Virus record (IMG/VR): IMGVR_UViG_3300001679_000053 | Location: 1 to 64,000 of that record | Direction: 5' to 3' (one strand) | Origin: a virus | Length of the DNA: 64,000 nucleotides | Part shown: positions 1 to 7,672 of the stretch, one piece after another | Layout: each line of letters opens with the position of its first letter | How positions within the stretch are numbered: the first letter of the stretch is position 1 | Translations under genes and position numbers: made by a program | Notes under the pieces: model-generated | The model's database searches: none | What the model saw: the letters and a program-made list of their open reading frames with translations, nothing else | What the model was told of the DNA's origin: nothing

Positions 1-15
1 GGAGGGGGGTGCCCC

Positions 16-78
16 TGTCAAATGATTGTCAAATGATATGTTAAAAGAATGTCAAACATGTTGTCAAGTCTTTGTCAT
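16..78. repeat. Six helically phased TGTCAA-like direct repeats (iteron/Pho-box-like array)
   Basis: TGTCAA at 16, 27, 50 and 62; TGTTAA at 39; TGTCAT at 73. Period is 11-12 bp; an AT-rich stretch follows. Confidence 0.85.
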
Positions 79-273
79 ATGTTTAGTGTATGATTTAATA
101 CCTTTATATATCATATAACTGTATACGTATGCAATCACTGGCGCATAGTAGGCCATGATAAGTCCCTTTGTAACTACTTTATTTAGTAGTAGTCTCGGGC
201 ACATTCCCTTCGAGACATAACGTTTACACATGGCTCGGCATGGGGTATGTTTGTGCCCTGCATGGATAGCCTC

Positions 274-684
274 TCACGCTGTCGCAGTCTCCTTCAACGT
301 AAACAGTTCGCAGTCATTCATAATACATAAACTGTTTATTGTTTCTGTGTTCTCGCGCATCCATAGCGCAGCTAGCTCAGGTACGCAGACACGTCGCCCC
401 ATTGTCGGGCATGTACCTGCATTATCGAGCAGTCCGTGTAGGATGAGCATGTCAACCGCATCGTCAGCGTCGGACCTAAACAGTTTGCATTTGTGTGATA
501 TTTCTTCCACACTCCAGTCTGTTAAGGTAGGCAGCCAACTGTCAATATATTGTAATATATCAATCTCGGGCTTGTTTAGCTTGGCCGTCAAGTCGTCGGT
601 TTCGATTGTGTGGATGGTTTCCATGGATATAGTGTGTCTCTTTTTAGATATGCCGGTTTTGGCTAATGATTGAGGGGTCGACAC
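274..684 (-). CDS. hypothetical protein
   Basis: 136-aa ORF on the coding strand; start uncertain. Confidence 0.6.
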   Translation of the reverse strand: MSTPQSLAKTGISKKRHTISMETIHTIETDDLTAKLNKPEIDILQYIDSWLPTLTDWSVEEISHKCKLFRSDADDAVDMLILHGLLDNAGTCPTMGRRVCVPELAALWMRENTETINSLCIMNDCELFTLKETATA

Positions 685-724
685 ACTACGGGTAGTGTGC
701 CTGCATATAGTGTGTGTGTGTGTA

Positions 725-802
725 TTATCCTACGGGAATCCACATCAAAAAGTAAATCATGGCAAATATTATAACGCCACCAGCAACATCATCAAACTTC
801 AT
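725..802 (-). CDS. 25-aa hydrophobic peptide MKFDDVAGGVIIFAMIYFLMWIPVG
   Basis: Hand-translated; AAGGAG SD and its own TTGACT-17-TATAAT promoter. Confidence 0.65.
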   Translation of the reverse strand: MKFDDVAGGVIIFAMIYFLMWIPVG

Positions 803-807
803 AGGTA

Positions 808-911
808 TTTCTCCTTACACTATGCATACATTATACCACGGCCAACGTCAGCAGTCAAGCGCAGTATGTCAAAGGTGTGTCAACATATAGCGCATGTCAA
901 ATGATTGTCAA
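808..911 (-). promoter_or_regulatory. sigma70-type promoter with four upstream TTGACA boxes
   Basis: -10 at 830-835, -35 at 853-858, boxes at 867, 878, 895 and 906. Confidence 0.75.
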
Positions 912-942
912 AAAGAAACCATCGAACCGGACATAATATGAC

Positions 943-987
943 TTGACACGAAATAAAGGTTGACGATAGGGTGTGTGTGGGTATACT
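943..987 (+). promoter_or_regulatory. Divergent plus-strand sigma70-type promoter
   Basis: TTGACA (943), then TTGACG (960)-16 bp-TATACT (982). Confidence 0.5.
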
Positions 988-1075
988 AAACACCAAACGC
1001 ATTTAATACATACACAAACACACTACCATCGAACACTAACAAAAAGTTTAACTAAGGCATGCTCTTACATACCAC

Positions 1076-1258
1076 CTAAACACACTCAAGGTTTTCTGTA
1101 TATAATCCCTCTACTACACACCTGGCAACAGTCTGTAACCTCTTTAATGAAAGATTATATAACGTATAGTTATCAGTGTCCTCGCCAATAATCAGACACA
1201 GAGCCCTTGCTTTCGGGCTTACTGCTTTTCTTTTTATTAACTCTCCGACTTCAAACAT
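1076..1258 (-). CDS. small SH3/KOW-like protein (divergent VGDLV family)
   Basis: Starts MFEVGELIK; beta-strand pattern. Confidence 0.65.
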   Translation of the reverse strand: MFEVGELIKRKAVSPKARALCLIIGEDTDNYTLYNLSLKRLQTVARCVVEGLYTENLECV

Positions 1259-1443
1259 TATAGGTCCACACCCTTCCTTTTATAAGGGTTCTCGGATCTT
1301 ACGGGCACACGCTCTAACTGATAGTGTGTCTCCAGCACGGAACGCATGCCTCGGACCTCCGTTGCAATCTCATGGATCGCCATAACAATAAATGCGGCGG
1401 ATGCTCCAACCGCCACCATAATAAGAAACTCCATTCTATTCAC
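1258..1443 (-). CDS. small membrane protein
   Basis: N-terminal hydrophobic helix; GGAGG SD. Confidence 0.65.
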   Translation of the reverse strand: MNRMEFLIMVAVGASAAFIVMAIHEIATEVRGMRSVLETHYQLERVPVRSENPYKRKGVDL

Positions 1444-1759
1444 CTCCTACGTGATTATCTGATAGTTCTTTGTCAGCCTGTTCGGTCATTTTAGCTAAAT
1501 CAGCCATTGTTAACTGTTTAACTTTATGCCTCTTATTCTGCTCGCGGATCAATCTGTTGTATCGCTTCTTTTCATACTTGTTAATATGAAGGTTCTCGAT
1601 ACCTATTGCTCTCATCTTGTGCATGAATAACTTGACATTCTTATACCTTGTACCGTCGCTGTCTTTTACTCTTGAATCAGCGCGGGTCAACACTACCTCA
1701 CGACCGATCAAGCGACCGTCAACCATTTCCACGATTGTCTGTGATATGTAGTATTTCAT
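1436..1759 (-). CDS. hypothetical protein
   Basis: 107-aa ORF packed into the operon. Confidence 0.7.
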   Translation of the reverse strand: MKYYISQTIVEMVDGRLIGREVVLTRADSRVKDSDGTRYKNVKLFMHKMRAIGIENLHINKYEKKRYNRLIREQNKRHKVKQLTMADLAKMTEQADKELSDNHVGGE

Positions 1760-2161
1760 TTAGATACCCTCGCCATTGGCCAGCGCAGCCAAATCAGCTT
1801 TATCTTCGTCGGTCAAGTGCTCTTTGTTCTTGTTGCGGAGGCTCGCGGCGCTCATCTTGGTGGGGTTTTTGTGCTCCCCGTTGCAACCATCGGCAAACGA
1901 CTGCGCGCCTTCGGGCGTATTGTAGTCCATGATCGCTTGCTTGCCTTGTGTGGTCGAGTTGCGAAACACGCGCCACATCTTCGGACCCACTTGCTCGACG
2001 GTCCAGCCTGTAAGCTGCTTGCGCGTCGGGGGTTTGGGCTGCGGGCGATAGACCTTTTTGCGGTTTGAGATAATCTCGATGTTGTTGATCATCGGATCGG
2101 CGCGATAGCGATAATCGCCGTTAGAGTCAGTAAGTTGGTCGAGGCTGAATGTCGTGGTCAT
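1760..2161 (-). CDS. hypothetical protein
   Basis: 133-aa ORF directly behind a promoter cassette. Confidence 0.75.
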   Translation of the reverse strand: MTTTFSLDQLTDSNGDYRYRADPMINNIEIISNRKKVYRPQPKPPTRKQLTGWTVEQVGPKMWRVFRNSTTQGKQAIMDYNTPEGAQSFADGCNGEHKNPTKMSAASLRNKNKEHLTDEDKADLAALANGEGI

Positions 2162-2240
2162 AGTTTTTTCCTTTTCTATACCTATATTATACCATTAAAA
2201 GGGGGTGCTGTCAACACCTAAGTTGTCAAGTGAATGTCAG
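2162..2240 (-). promoter_or_regulatory. early promoter cassette (TGACA-TGACA-TTGACA-17-TATAAT-leader/SD)
   Basis: Coding strand ctgacattcacttgacaacttaggtgTTGACAgcacccccttttaatggTATAATataggtatagaaaagg. Confidence 0.85.
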
Positions 2241-2458
2241 CCGTTGCAAGCTGGGTGACCCCAGTTGTTCGCTTGCCACTCGCTGATCTGTCCGTCTTGG
2301 CTCAGTCCATCAACCCAGTCGTTCCAAGCCTCGCGGCGCGCTGGCCAGTCAGGTTGACCGTCCTGCTCGAACTTTTCTTGGATCATCGGAAGGATCTCGG
2401 TGATGAAGGTATCGCATGCGTCTGCGAAAAGGATGACGGTCGGAATGTTTGAAGCCAT
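2237..2458 (-). CDS. hypothetical protein
   Basis: 73 aa, AAGGAG SD, flanked by two near-identical promoter cassettes. Confidence 0.75.
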   Translation of the reverse strand: MASNIPTVILFADACDTFITEILPMIQEKFEQDGQPDWPARREAWNDWVDGLSQDGQISEWQANNWGHPACNG

Positions 2459-2540
2459 GATGGTTTCTCCTTACTTGGTATAACCATTATACCATTAAAA
2501 CGGGGGTAAGTCAACAACTAAGTTGTCAAGTGAATGTCAG
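2459..2540 (-). promoter_or_regulatory. early promoter cassette (near-duplicate of 2162-2240)
   Basis: Shares attataccattaaaa..ggggg...gtcaac..ctaagttgtcaagtgaatgtcag. Confidence 0.85.
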
Positions 2541-2707
2541 TAGACAAGTTTTAAGTGTTCTGCTCTTATAGTCTCGCGCCGGCCATCGGCAGCCCACTCC
2601 ACGATCCACCAGTCGCTCGGTAGCGTGAGGGCGCGCCGGATGACGATCCCCACAGGGGCGCGTTTGAGGTTGTAGTGGTTCCGCTGAACCAAGTCACCGA
2701 CTTTCAT
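2537..2707 (-). CDS. VGDLV-family SH3/KOW-like miniprotein (56 aa)
   Basis: Hand-translated MKVGDLVQRNHYNLKRAPVGIVI...EHLKLVY. Confidence 0.8.
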   Translation of the reverse strand: MKVGDLVQRNHYNLKRAPVGIVIRRALTLPSDWWIVEWAADGRRETIRAEHLKLVY

Positions 2708-2853
2708 TCTATCACATTCAGTAAGCGGGGGTCATCCCATTCTGGCGATAAGCCGATCCAGCCAACGAATACCTGACCCTCTCTATCATCAAATCCGATC
2801 TCAAGGATCAACCCGTGAAAGCCCGCAAACTCAACCAGATCACCTACTTTCAT
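2704..2853 (-). CDS. VGDLV-family miniprotein (49 aa)
   Basis: MKVGDLVEFAGFHGLILEIGFDDREGQVFVGWIGLSPEWDDPRLLNVIE; ATGA overlap with the next gene. Confidence 0.8.
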   Translation of the reverse strand: MKVGDLVEFAGFHGLILEIGFDDREGQVFVGWIGLSPEWDDPRLLNVIE

Positions 2854-2985
2854 CTACCCTCGGACGGTTTGAGTTGTCAAGGAATCGTCAAGGACGATGG
2901 GTGCAGTCAAGCGGATCGTCGTCTCGTCAAAGACGGAACCAGATCCGGGAGTCGAGAGCATAGCCAATAAAGTCAATAGTTTCAT
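2854..2985 (-). CDS. small hypothetical peptide (43 aa)
   Basis: MKLLTLLAMLSTPG...; fills the gap exactly. Confidence 0.45.
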   Translation of the reverse strand: MKLLTLLAMLSTPGSGSVFDETTIRLTAPIVLDDSLTTQTVRG

Positions 2986-2989
2986 ATAC

Positions 2990-3424
2990 TTACCAGTTCC
3001 TCGGGTCGCAGTCATCCCACACATCATGGGTCTGAGTCTCTGAGCGTCTGCTATCGCGATGGCGCTGCGTGTTAAAGGTGCGCCGGTCTTGTGCTCGGCT
3101 CGTCGCCTTCTTTTGCTCGCGGGCTTCTACACCAGCATTAAACATTTGCGTTTCCGCGTCATGCTTCACAGCAAACTCAACCGGATCCATGAGCAGATCG
3201 GGATGCTCGGCATCGTCCGATCCGCCAAATCCGTCAGATCCGCGAAAGGCTTGCTCACGAATATCCATATCCATCTCAGCAAGTTCTTGAATCAGATCAG
3301 CAGTCGATCCGGTCATCGGGTGCCGTCGCTTGACGGTTTCGATTTGGGAAAAGATACATTGGAGGACCAGATCAACTTCTCGCTCTGTCAGCATCACGGT
3401 TTTCAAATCATCAGGCACTTGCAA
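2990..3424 (-). CDS. hypothetical protein
   Basis: 144-aa ORF, GGAGG SD, overlaps the upstream gene. Confidence 0.75.
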   Translation of the reverse strand: MQVPDDLKTVMLTEREVDLVLQCIFSQIETVKRRHPMTGSTADLIQELAEMDMDIREQAFRGSDGFGGSDDAEHPDLLMDPVEFAVKHDAETQMFNAGVEAREQKKATSRAQDRRTFNTQRHRDSRRSETQTHDVWDDCDPRNW

Positions 3425-3611
3425 CCTCCAAGTCGGTGATATTTTGGTTTAATGCGTCAGAAAGTTTCTCGATAAGCTCATCCAAATCCGCGAGTTCGCC
3501 GCCGATAGTGGTGCCATCGCCAAACATGGCGCAAGTATTTAGATCGTCCATTCGGCCGGCCATTGAATCGAGCAAAAGGATGATCTCGTCGTGTGTCAAA
3601 TCAATGTTCAT
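3411..3611 (-). CDS. hypothetical acidic protein
   Basis: 66-aa ORF. Confidence 0.7.
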   Translation of the reverse strand: MNIDLTHDEIILLLDSMAGRMDDLNTCAMFGDGTTIGGELADLDELIEKLSDALNQNITDLEVASA

Positions 3612-3612
3612 T

Positions 3613-3726
3613 TTATGCTCCGCATGTGCAAGCTGCCCACTTAAAGGCGAGGAAAATAAGACCAGACCAGCAGGTAAGATCAGCGATAATAAGACCGGCC
3701 ATCATGCCGTTACGGTTTTGAAACAT
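3613..3726 (-). CDS. 37-aa hydrophobic peptide
   Basis: MFQNRNGMMAGLIIADLTCWSGLIFLAFKWAACTCGA; directly behind the cassette leader/SD. Confidence 0.65.
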   Translation of the reverse strand: MFQNRNGMMAGLIIADLTCWSGLIFLAFKWAACTCGA

Positions 3727-3805
3727 AGTTTTTTCCTTTTCTATACCTATATTATAGCATTGGAAGGGGTGACTGTCAAGGTTTAAGCTGTCAAGCGTTT
3801 GTCAA
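3727..3805 (-). promoter_or_regulatory. early promoter cassette
   Basis: ttgacaaacgcttgacagcttaaaccTTGACA-17-TATAATataggtatagaaaagg. Confidence 0.85.
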
Positions 3806-3988
3806 GAGCTTCAGATGACTGCTTTTCTGTGTGATGGGCTCATTTTCATGCGTCCACAATACTTTAACGTCGGCGTTGCCTTGCCATGAGCCAACTTCGG
3901 TGACAAGACCGGCAAAGTTGCCGGTGATTGCCGGAGAGCTATACGTGACAAGATCGCCGACATAAATACCATTAAGAGTACATCGCAC
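3791..3988 (-). CDS. VGDLV-family miniprotein
   Basis: ...IYVGDLVTYSS...VKVLW...; GTG start inferred. Confidence 0.7.
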   Translation of the reverse strand: MRCTLNGIYVGDLVTYSSPAITGNFAGLVTEVGSWQGNADVKVLWTHENEPITQKSSHLKLLTNA

Positions 3989-4148
3989 TGAGCACCATCC
4001 ATTCTTCTGCGCGAAACCAATCGGGAAACCCAAGCAGTTTGATCCAACTTACCCCTATGACGCTCATTTTCTCTGTTACGAGGAAAGGGCGTTGTGTGTG
4101 AACACTTGGATTTTCAATAACGGTTTTTACCAAGTCACCGATTTTCAC
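3972..4148 (-). CDS. VGDLV-family miniprotein (58 aa)
   Basis: GTG start, MKIGDLVKTVIENPS... Confidence 0.75.
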   Translation of the reverse strand: MKIGDLVKTVIENPSVHTQRPFLVTEKMSVIGVSWIKLLGFPDWFRAEEWMVLSAMYS

Positions 4149-4314
4149 TGATCACCGCCGCTTCGTCTGCTTCCCATTGGTCGATCTGACCGTTGTGCAG
4201 CACTTTTATATCCAGAGGATCGCCATACTGATCCCGGATAAGGATCTGCGTAACCACGCCAATCGTGTCGGGATAGGCGACCGGACACAGGCATACCAGA
4301 TCACCGACTTTCAT
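4135..4314 (-). CDS. VGDLV-family miniprotein (59 aa)
   Basis: MKVGDLVCLCPVAYPDTIGVV...AVISENR*. Confidence 0.8.
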   Translation of the reverse strand: MKVGDLVCLCPVAYPDTIGVVTQILIRDQYGDPLDIKVLHNGQIDQWEADEAAVISENR

Positions 4315-4459
4315 TGATAACCTTCAATATCTTGGGGTTGTCCCATTCCGGCAACAATCCAAACCATCCGACAAATACTTGACCGTCCCGATCATCTTCA
4401 CCGATCTCAAGTATCAACCCGTGATAACCCCGAAACTCCACCAATGCGCCAACTTTCAT
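4301..4459 (-). CDS. VGDLV-family miniprotein (52 aa), paralog of 2704-2853
   Basis: MKVGALVEFRGYHGLILEIGEDDRDGQVFVGWFGLLPEWDNPKILKVINESR*. Confidence 0.8.
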   Translation of the reverse strand: MKVGALVEFRGYHGLILEIGEDDRDGQVFVGWFGLLPEWDNPKILKVINESR

Positions 4460-4659
4460 GCTGTTATCCTGTTCATCCATTTCAAAACTCCACGATCAAT
4501 GATCGTCGGGGTTGCCTCTCCGACCAGCAAAACTTGATGGTTCTCGATGGTCGAGCCATCGTCAAAGTGAATAAAAGCCTCACCGAGATAAACGGCCAGC
4601 CGCCCATACAGGCGCATGGACACGGTTCCTTCAAATCTATACAAATCACCGACTTTCAT
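4456..4659 (-). CDS. VGDLV-family miniprotein (67 aa)
   Basis: MKVGDLYRFEG...; start corrected to the junction ATG. Confidence 0.8.
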   Translation of the reverse strand: MKVGDLYRFEGTVSMRLYGRLAVYLGEAFIHFDDGSTIENHQVLLVGEATPTIIDRGVLKWMNRITA

Positions 4660-4813
4660 AGATGACCTCCCACATTCTCGGGTCGCAGGTTTCGGGCGTG
4701 GTTGACCCAACGACCAACACTTTGACCCGCAAGAACCCCATCGCGGCGATATTCAATACCACCGCAACGCAGCCCGGATTTCGCTTTGGTCTGATCAGAT
4801 CACCGACTTTCAT
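4646..4813 (-). CDS. VGDLV-family miniprotein (55 aa)
   Basis: MKVGDLIRPKRNPGCVAVVL...WEVIYESR*. Confidence 0.8.
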   Translation of the reverse strand: MKVGDLIRPKRNPGCVAVVLNIAAMGFLRVKVLVVGSTTPETCDPRMWEVIYESR

Positions 4814-5117
4814 TTTTCTGAGCCTCCACGTGCTTACACTTTCGACGCCAGCCGAAACCGGGACACGTACAGGTCCACGTTCCTCCGTTGTCGGTTACAG
4901 TGTAGGTATTCCCCTTGCTGCCTTGAACCTGCCAGGAGCGAACGTCACGCGATACAGCGGGTGTTTCACGCTGCTCCACGATCATATACTTGCCAACCTC
5001 GTCGAGAGTCAGCGCATCAGGCACTTCCACCCAATGCTCGCCGGATACCGCCCACTTCTGACCGGATCGATCAGTGTAGAGCATCGGATTCATGCTGACA
5101 ACGATAGGCAGATCCAT
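4800..5117 (-). CDS. SWIM zinc-finger protein
   Basis: GSKGNTYTV...WTCTCPGFGWRRKCKH (CxC..CxH); ends NESR in a junction. Confidence 0.8.
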   Translation of the reverse strand: MDLPIVVSMNPMLYTDRSGQKWAVSGEHWVEVPDALTLDEVGKYMIVEQRETPAVSRDVRSWQVQGSKGNTYTVTDNGGTWTCTCPGFGWRRKCKHVEAQKNESR

Positions 5118-5118
5118 T

Positions 5119-5313
5119 CTATGCCTCCGCTGGTACGATGGTGGCCACGCTCAGGGTTGTAAGAACCTCGCGCTCTTGGTCGTTCAGACGGGGATCACCC
5201 ATCGTTGCTGCCATCAGCAAAGCGGTGATCACCTGCTCGCATCCCACGGCTGTACGCTCGATGGTGGTCAGGTTAGAATCGTCGTCGGTGCGAATGAGCG
5301 GAAGGGTAAGCAT
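5119..5313 (-). CDS. hypothetical protein
   Basis: 64 aa behind a promoter cassette. Confidence 0.65.
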   Translation of the reverse strand: MLTLPLIRTDDDSNLTTIERTAVGCEQVITALLMAATMGDPRLNDQEREVLTTLSVATIVPAEA

Positions 5314-5393
5314 AGATTTTTTCTCCTTTCTATACCTATAATATAACCGCGAATGGGGCTATCGTCAAGGTTAAAAATGTCAAGAGGATGTAA
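5314..5393 (-). promoter_or_regulatory. early promoter cassette
   Basis: cttgacatttttaaccTTGACG-17-TATATTataggtatagaaaggag. Confidence 0.8.
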
Positions 5394-5583
5394 AGTGTTC
5401 TAAGAAGATTTCGTGAAACTTTAACCGCACGTCTGTCCCCAAAAAAACAACCGTGTAAGCCTTGGTGTAGGATTTTGAAGTCTCACCTACTTCCATGATC
5501 AAACCGACCCGATGATCGGGTATTTCAACCTGATGTGTATTATCTTTGATCCTCACCAGATCACCGGGCTTAAACTTGCTCAT
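5380..5583 (-). CDS. SH3/KOW-like miniprotein
   Basis: MSKFKPGDLVRIKD...GLIMEV. Confidence 0.75.
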   Translation of the reverse strand: MSKFKPGDLVRIKDNTHQVEIPDHRVGLIMEVGETSKSYTKAYTVVFLGTDVRLKFHEIFLEHFTSS

Positions 5584-5910
5584 TCAAAAAGGCTTCGTTT
5601 CGCTCAACGGTGAACACTCCCACACCCTCGGATGCATGATCACAGGGTTGCCCGTCTTGCATTTGGCAAGGTTCACATGACAAGAAGTTGTCATAGAATG
5701 AAAGCCCTTGGCCGGCGCAGTGAAGTCAGCGATGACCATGACACCGGCAGGTGTGCGCTCTCCGATCTTTAAGTCGTAGCTATACAACTCGGCTCGGCCG
5801 CTCTCGTCTGAGATCGAAGCCAAAGAATGCCTGTGATTACGGGCACTTAGCCCATTCTGCCATGCTTTGATGACACCATCGTTTTTTAGTCTCGGTCCTG
5901 AGAATGACAT
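5584..5910 (-). CDS. hypothetical protein
   Basis: 108-aa ORF with GGAG SD. Confidence 0.7.
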   Translation of the reverse strand: MSFSGPRLKNDGVIKAWQNGLSARNHRHSLASISDESGRAELYSYDLKIGERTPAGVMVIADFTAPAKGFHSMTTSCHVNLAKCKTGNPVIMHPRVWECSPLSETKPF

Positions 5911-5943
5911 TTTTACTCCATGTCCGGGGAAGTTTAACGCACC

Positions 5944-7167
5944 CTAAGCGTCGATAGCTATGATACGTTCGTTAGTTGAAAAGTAGGGGCGAGCAGCATA
6001 CGTCGCCGTAGTCATCCACATGCGTTGGCACTTGGATGCAACGGGCTTCGGGGCACACAGGTCTGTCAAAACGATGTGACCATCAAATCCACGTTCGTTG
6101 ACGTATTTGGTTGGCGCGTTGAAGCATGTACCTCCGCGCATCACACGCTCGGTCTTTTTGCTCTGTCCTTTTTTCCATGTGTATATCTTGCTCTCGGCCA
6201 CAACGGTATCGAAGGGGATCACGGTAAACTCGGCAATCTCAGCCAGCTTGTTCAACTCGGAGAAGAACGCGGCAAGCATCTGATCATCGACCGATCCAGA
6301 TTGATCAATGCTGATCGCGATCTTGGCTTGGCGACGGACACGCTTGCCCGGATGGATGCGCGGATAACGCTTGTTCAGGCGGCGAGGCGTCGAACGCTTG
6401 TCTGCGCGCTGAGAAGTTTTAACGAAGTAGCGGAGAACCTTGCGCCAATCGATCTTGGTCTGGATGCGATCAAGAATATCCTGACGCATGGACGAGGATA
6501 CTGTACCCCAGTTGCGTGCTTTCTCCGCTTCCTCTGCGGCTTTCTTGAGCGTTTCTTTCATGCGCTCCTTGGCGATTTCCTCAGTTGTGCCATCGACTTC
6601 ACCGAAGCCGTCATGGTCATCGAGCGAGTCAGCGTCACCGAAGGGATCGCCGGAGCCTTCGCCACCTTCGCCGTCGCCTTCGTCCTGATCCTCTTGCATC
6701 TTTTTAAGGGCTTCAAGATACCACTCGTAAGACTTGAACGACGGCAGATCCTTGAATATGCCTTCACCGGGGATGCATGCTTGCATCGGCTCTTTGCCGA
6801 TGGTTGGACCGGGATTTGCTTCGTTGGGCAACTCGTTGGAAATGTGGCAGTTGATCGCCAGATCCATAGCGATGTTATCGATCCGCTTCAAGCCATCGGC
6901 TGGCTTGCGGCTGGTTACGTGCTCAAAGATCAAGTGGTAAAACTCATGCTTCAAAACGCCCAACTTGTGATCGTCGCTAAGCTGCGCGAAAAACTCCGGG
7001 TTATACAGAAGTTCAAACTGAGCGGAGTCGGGGTTGACCCGCACACCGGCAGTCGGGATCGCGGTCGAGGCGATCTTGTCGATCCGCCGCGAGAGCGCAG
7101 CAAAGAAGGGCTCGCGCATCAGAAGGCGAGCGGTGTGCATGTTGAGATTGAAGGGCTTATCGGCCAT
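5944..7167 (-). CDS. DUF2201-type putative metallopeptidase with C-terminal VWA-like domain
   Basis: HEFYH (HExxH), NIAMDLAIN, acidic linker, MIDAS-like DQSGS ... GGT ... LTD. Confidence 0.85.
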   Translation of the reverse strand: MADKPFNLNMHTARLLMREPFFAALSRRIDKIASTAIPTAGVRVNPDSAQFELLYNPEFFAQLSDDHKLGVLKHEFYHLIFEHVTSRKPADGLKRIDNIAMDLAINCHISNELPNEANPGPTIGKEPMQACIPGEGIFKDLPSFKSYEWYLEALKKMQEDQDEGDGEGGEGSGDPFGDADSLDDHDGFGEVDGTTEEIAKERMKETLKKAAEEAEKARNWGTVSSSMRQDILDRIQTKIDWRKVLRYFVKTSQRADKRSTPRRLNKRYPRIHPGKRVRRQAKIAISIDQSGSVDDQMLAAFFSELNKLAEIAEFTVIPFDTVVAESKIYTWKKGQSKKTERVMRGGTCFNAPTKYVNERGFDGHIVLTDLCAPKPVASKCQRMWMTTATYAARPYFSTNERIIAIDA

Positions 7168-7246
7168 GTTCTTTTTCCTTTCTATACCTATAATATAGCA
7201 CCCAAAAGGGCAAACGTCAAGGTAAATGTTGTCAAGTGAATGTCAG
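7168..7246 (-). promoter_or_regulatory. early promoter cassette
   Basis: ctgacattcacttgacaacatttaccTTGACG-17-TATATTataggtatagaaagg. Confidence 0.85.
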
Positions 7247-7446
7247 GGAAGTTTATACATCGCTCGAAGTTTGATCTCATCGAGCCATCCCTGCTCACCA
7301 TCAATATGTAGTTTGAACCTCATCCTTTTGTTGACAAGATCACCATATTTGACACGCGCTGTTTCCTCGCGGTCAAGGATCAGGGCGGGCTTATCGTCGC
7401 GTTTCGACCATACAAGGTCGCCTATTTTAAGTTTGTCGGTCCACAT
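7243..7446 (-). CDS. SH3/KOW-like miniprotein
   Basis: MWTDKLKIGDLVW... Confidence 0.75.
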   Translation of the reverse strand: MWTDKLKIGDLVWSKRDDKPALILDREETARVKYGDLVNKRMRFKLHIDGEQGWLDEIKLRAMYKLP

Positions 7447-7672
7447 CGGATATTATGATCAGGTCTTCTTCGTTAAATCGCATGCGCTCATCACTCTTGA
7501 GCCACTTTACCTCGTACTCGATTCGGCGATCTTCTGGTTTAGCTATGAGAACCACGATCCCAAGACCGTGAACCCTCTTATACTGGCGTCCCATTCCGCC
7601 GGGACCGGAGAGGCGAACAATGTCGCCAATCATCGGAGCGCGGAGGGGCGGTCGCCTTACGCTACTATGCAT
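7427..7672 (-). CDS. SH3/KOW-like miniprotein
   Basis: PMIGDIVRL...GLGIVV...YEVKWL; start approximate. Confidence 0.7.
   Translation of the reverse strand: MHSSVRRPPLRAPMIGDIVRLSGPGGMGRQYKRVHGLGIVVLIAKPEDRRIEYEVKWLKSDERMRFNEEDLIIISDVDRQT

Noticed and set aside
710-723. (GT)n microsatellite
   Set aside because: Too short to support a phase-variation claim, and intergenic.
6025-7239. Long plus-strand ORFs (e.g. 404 aa here, and many others)
   Set aside because: Antisense shadows of well-supported minus-strand genes, with no SD or recognisable motifs.
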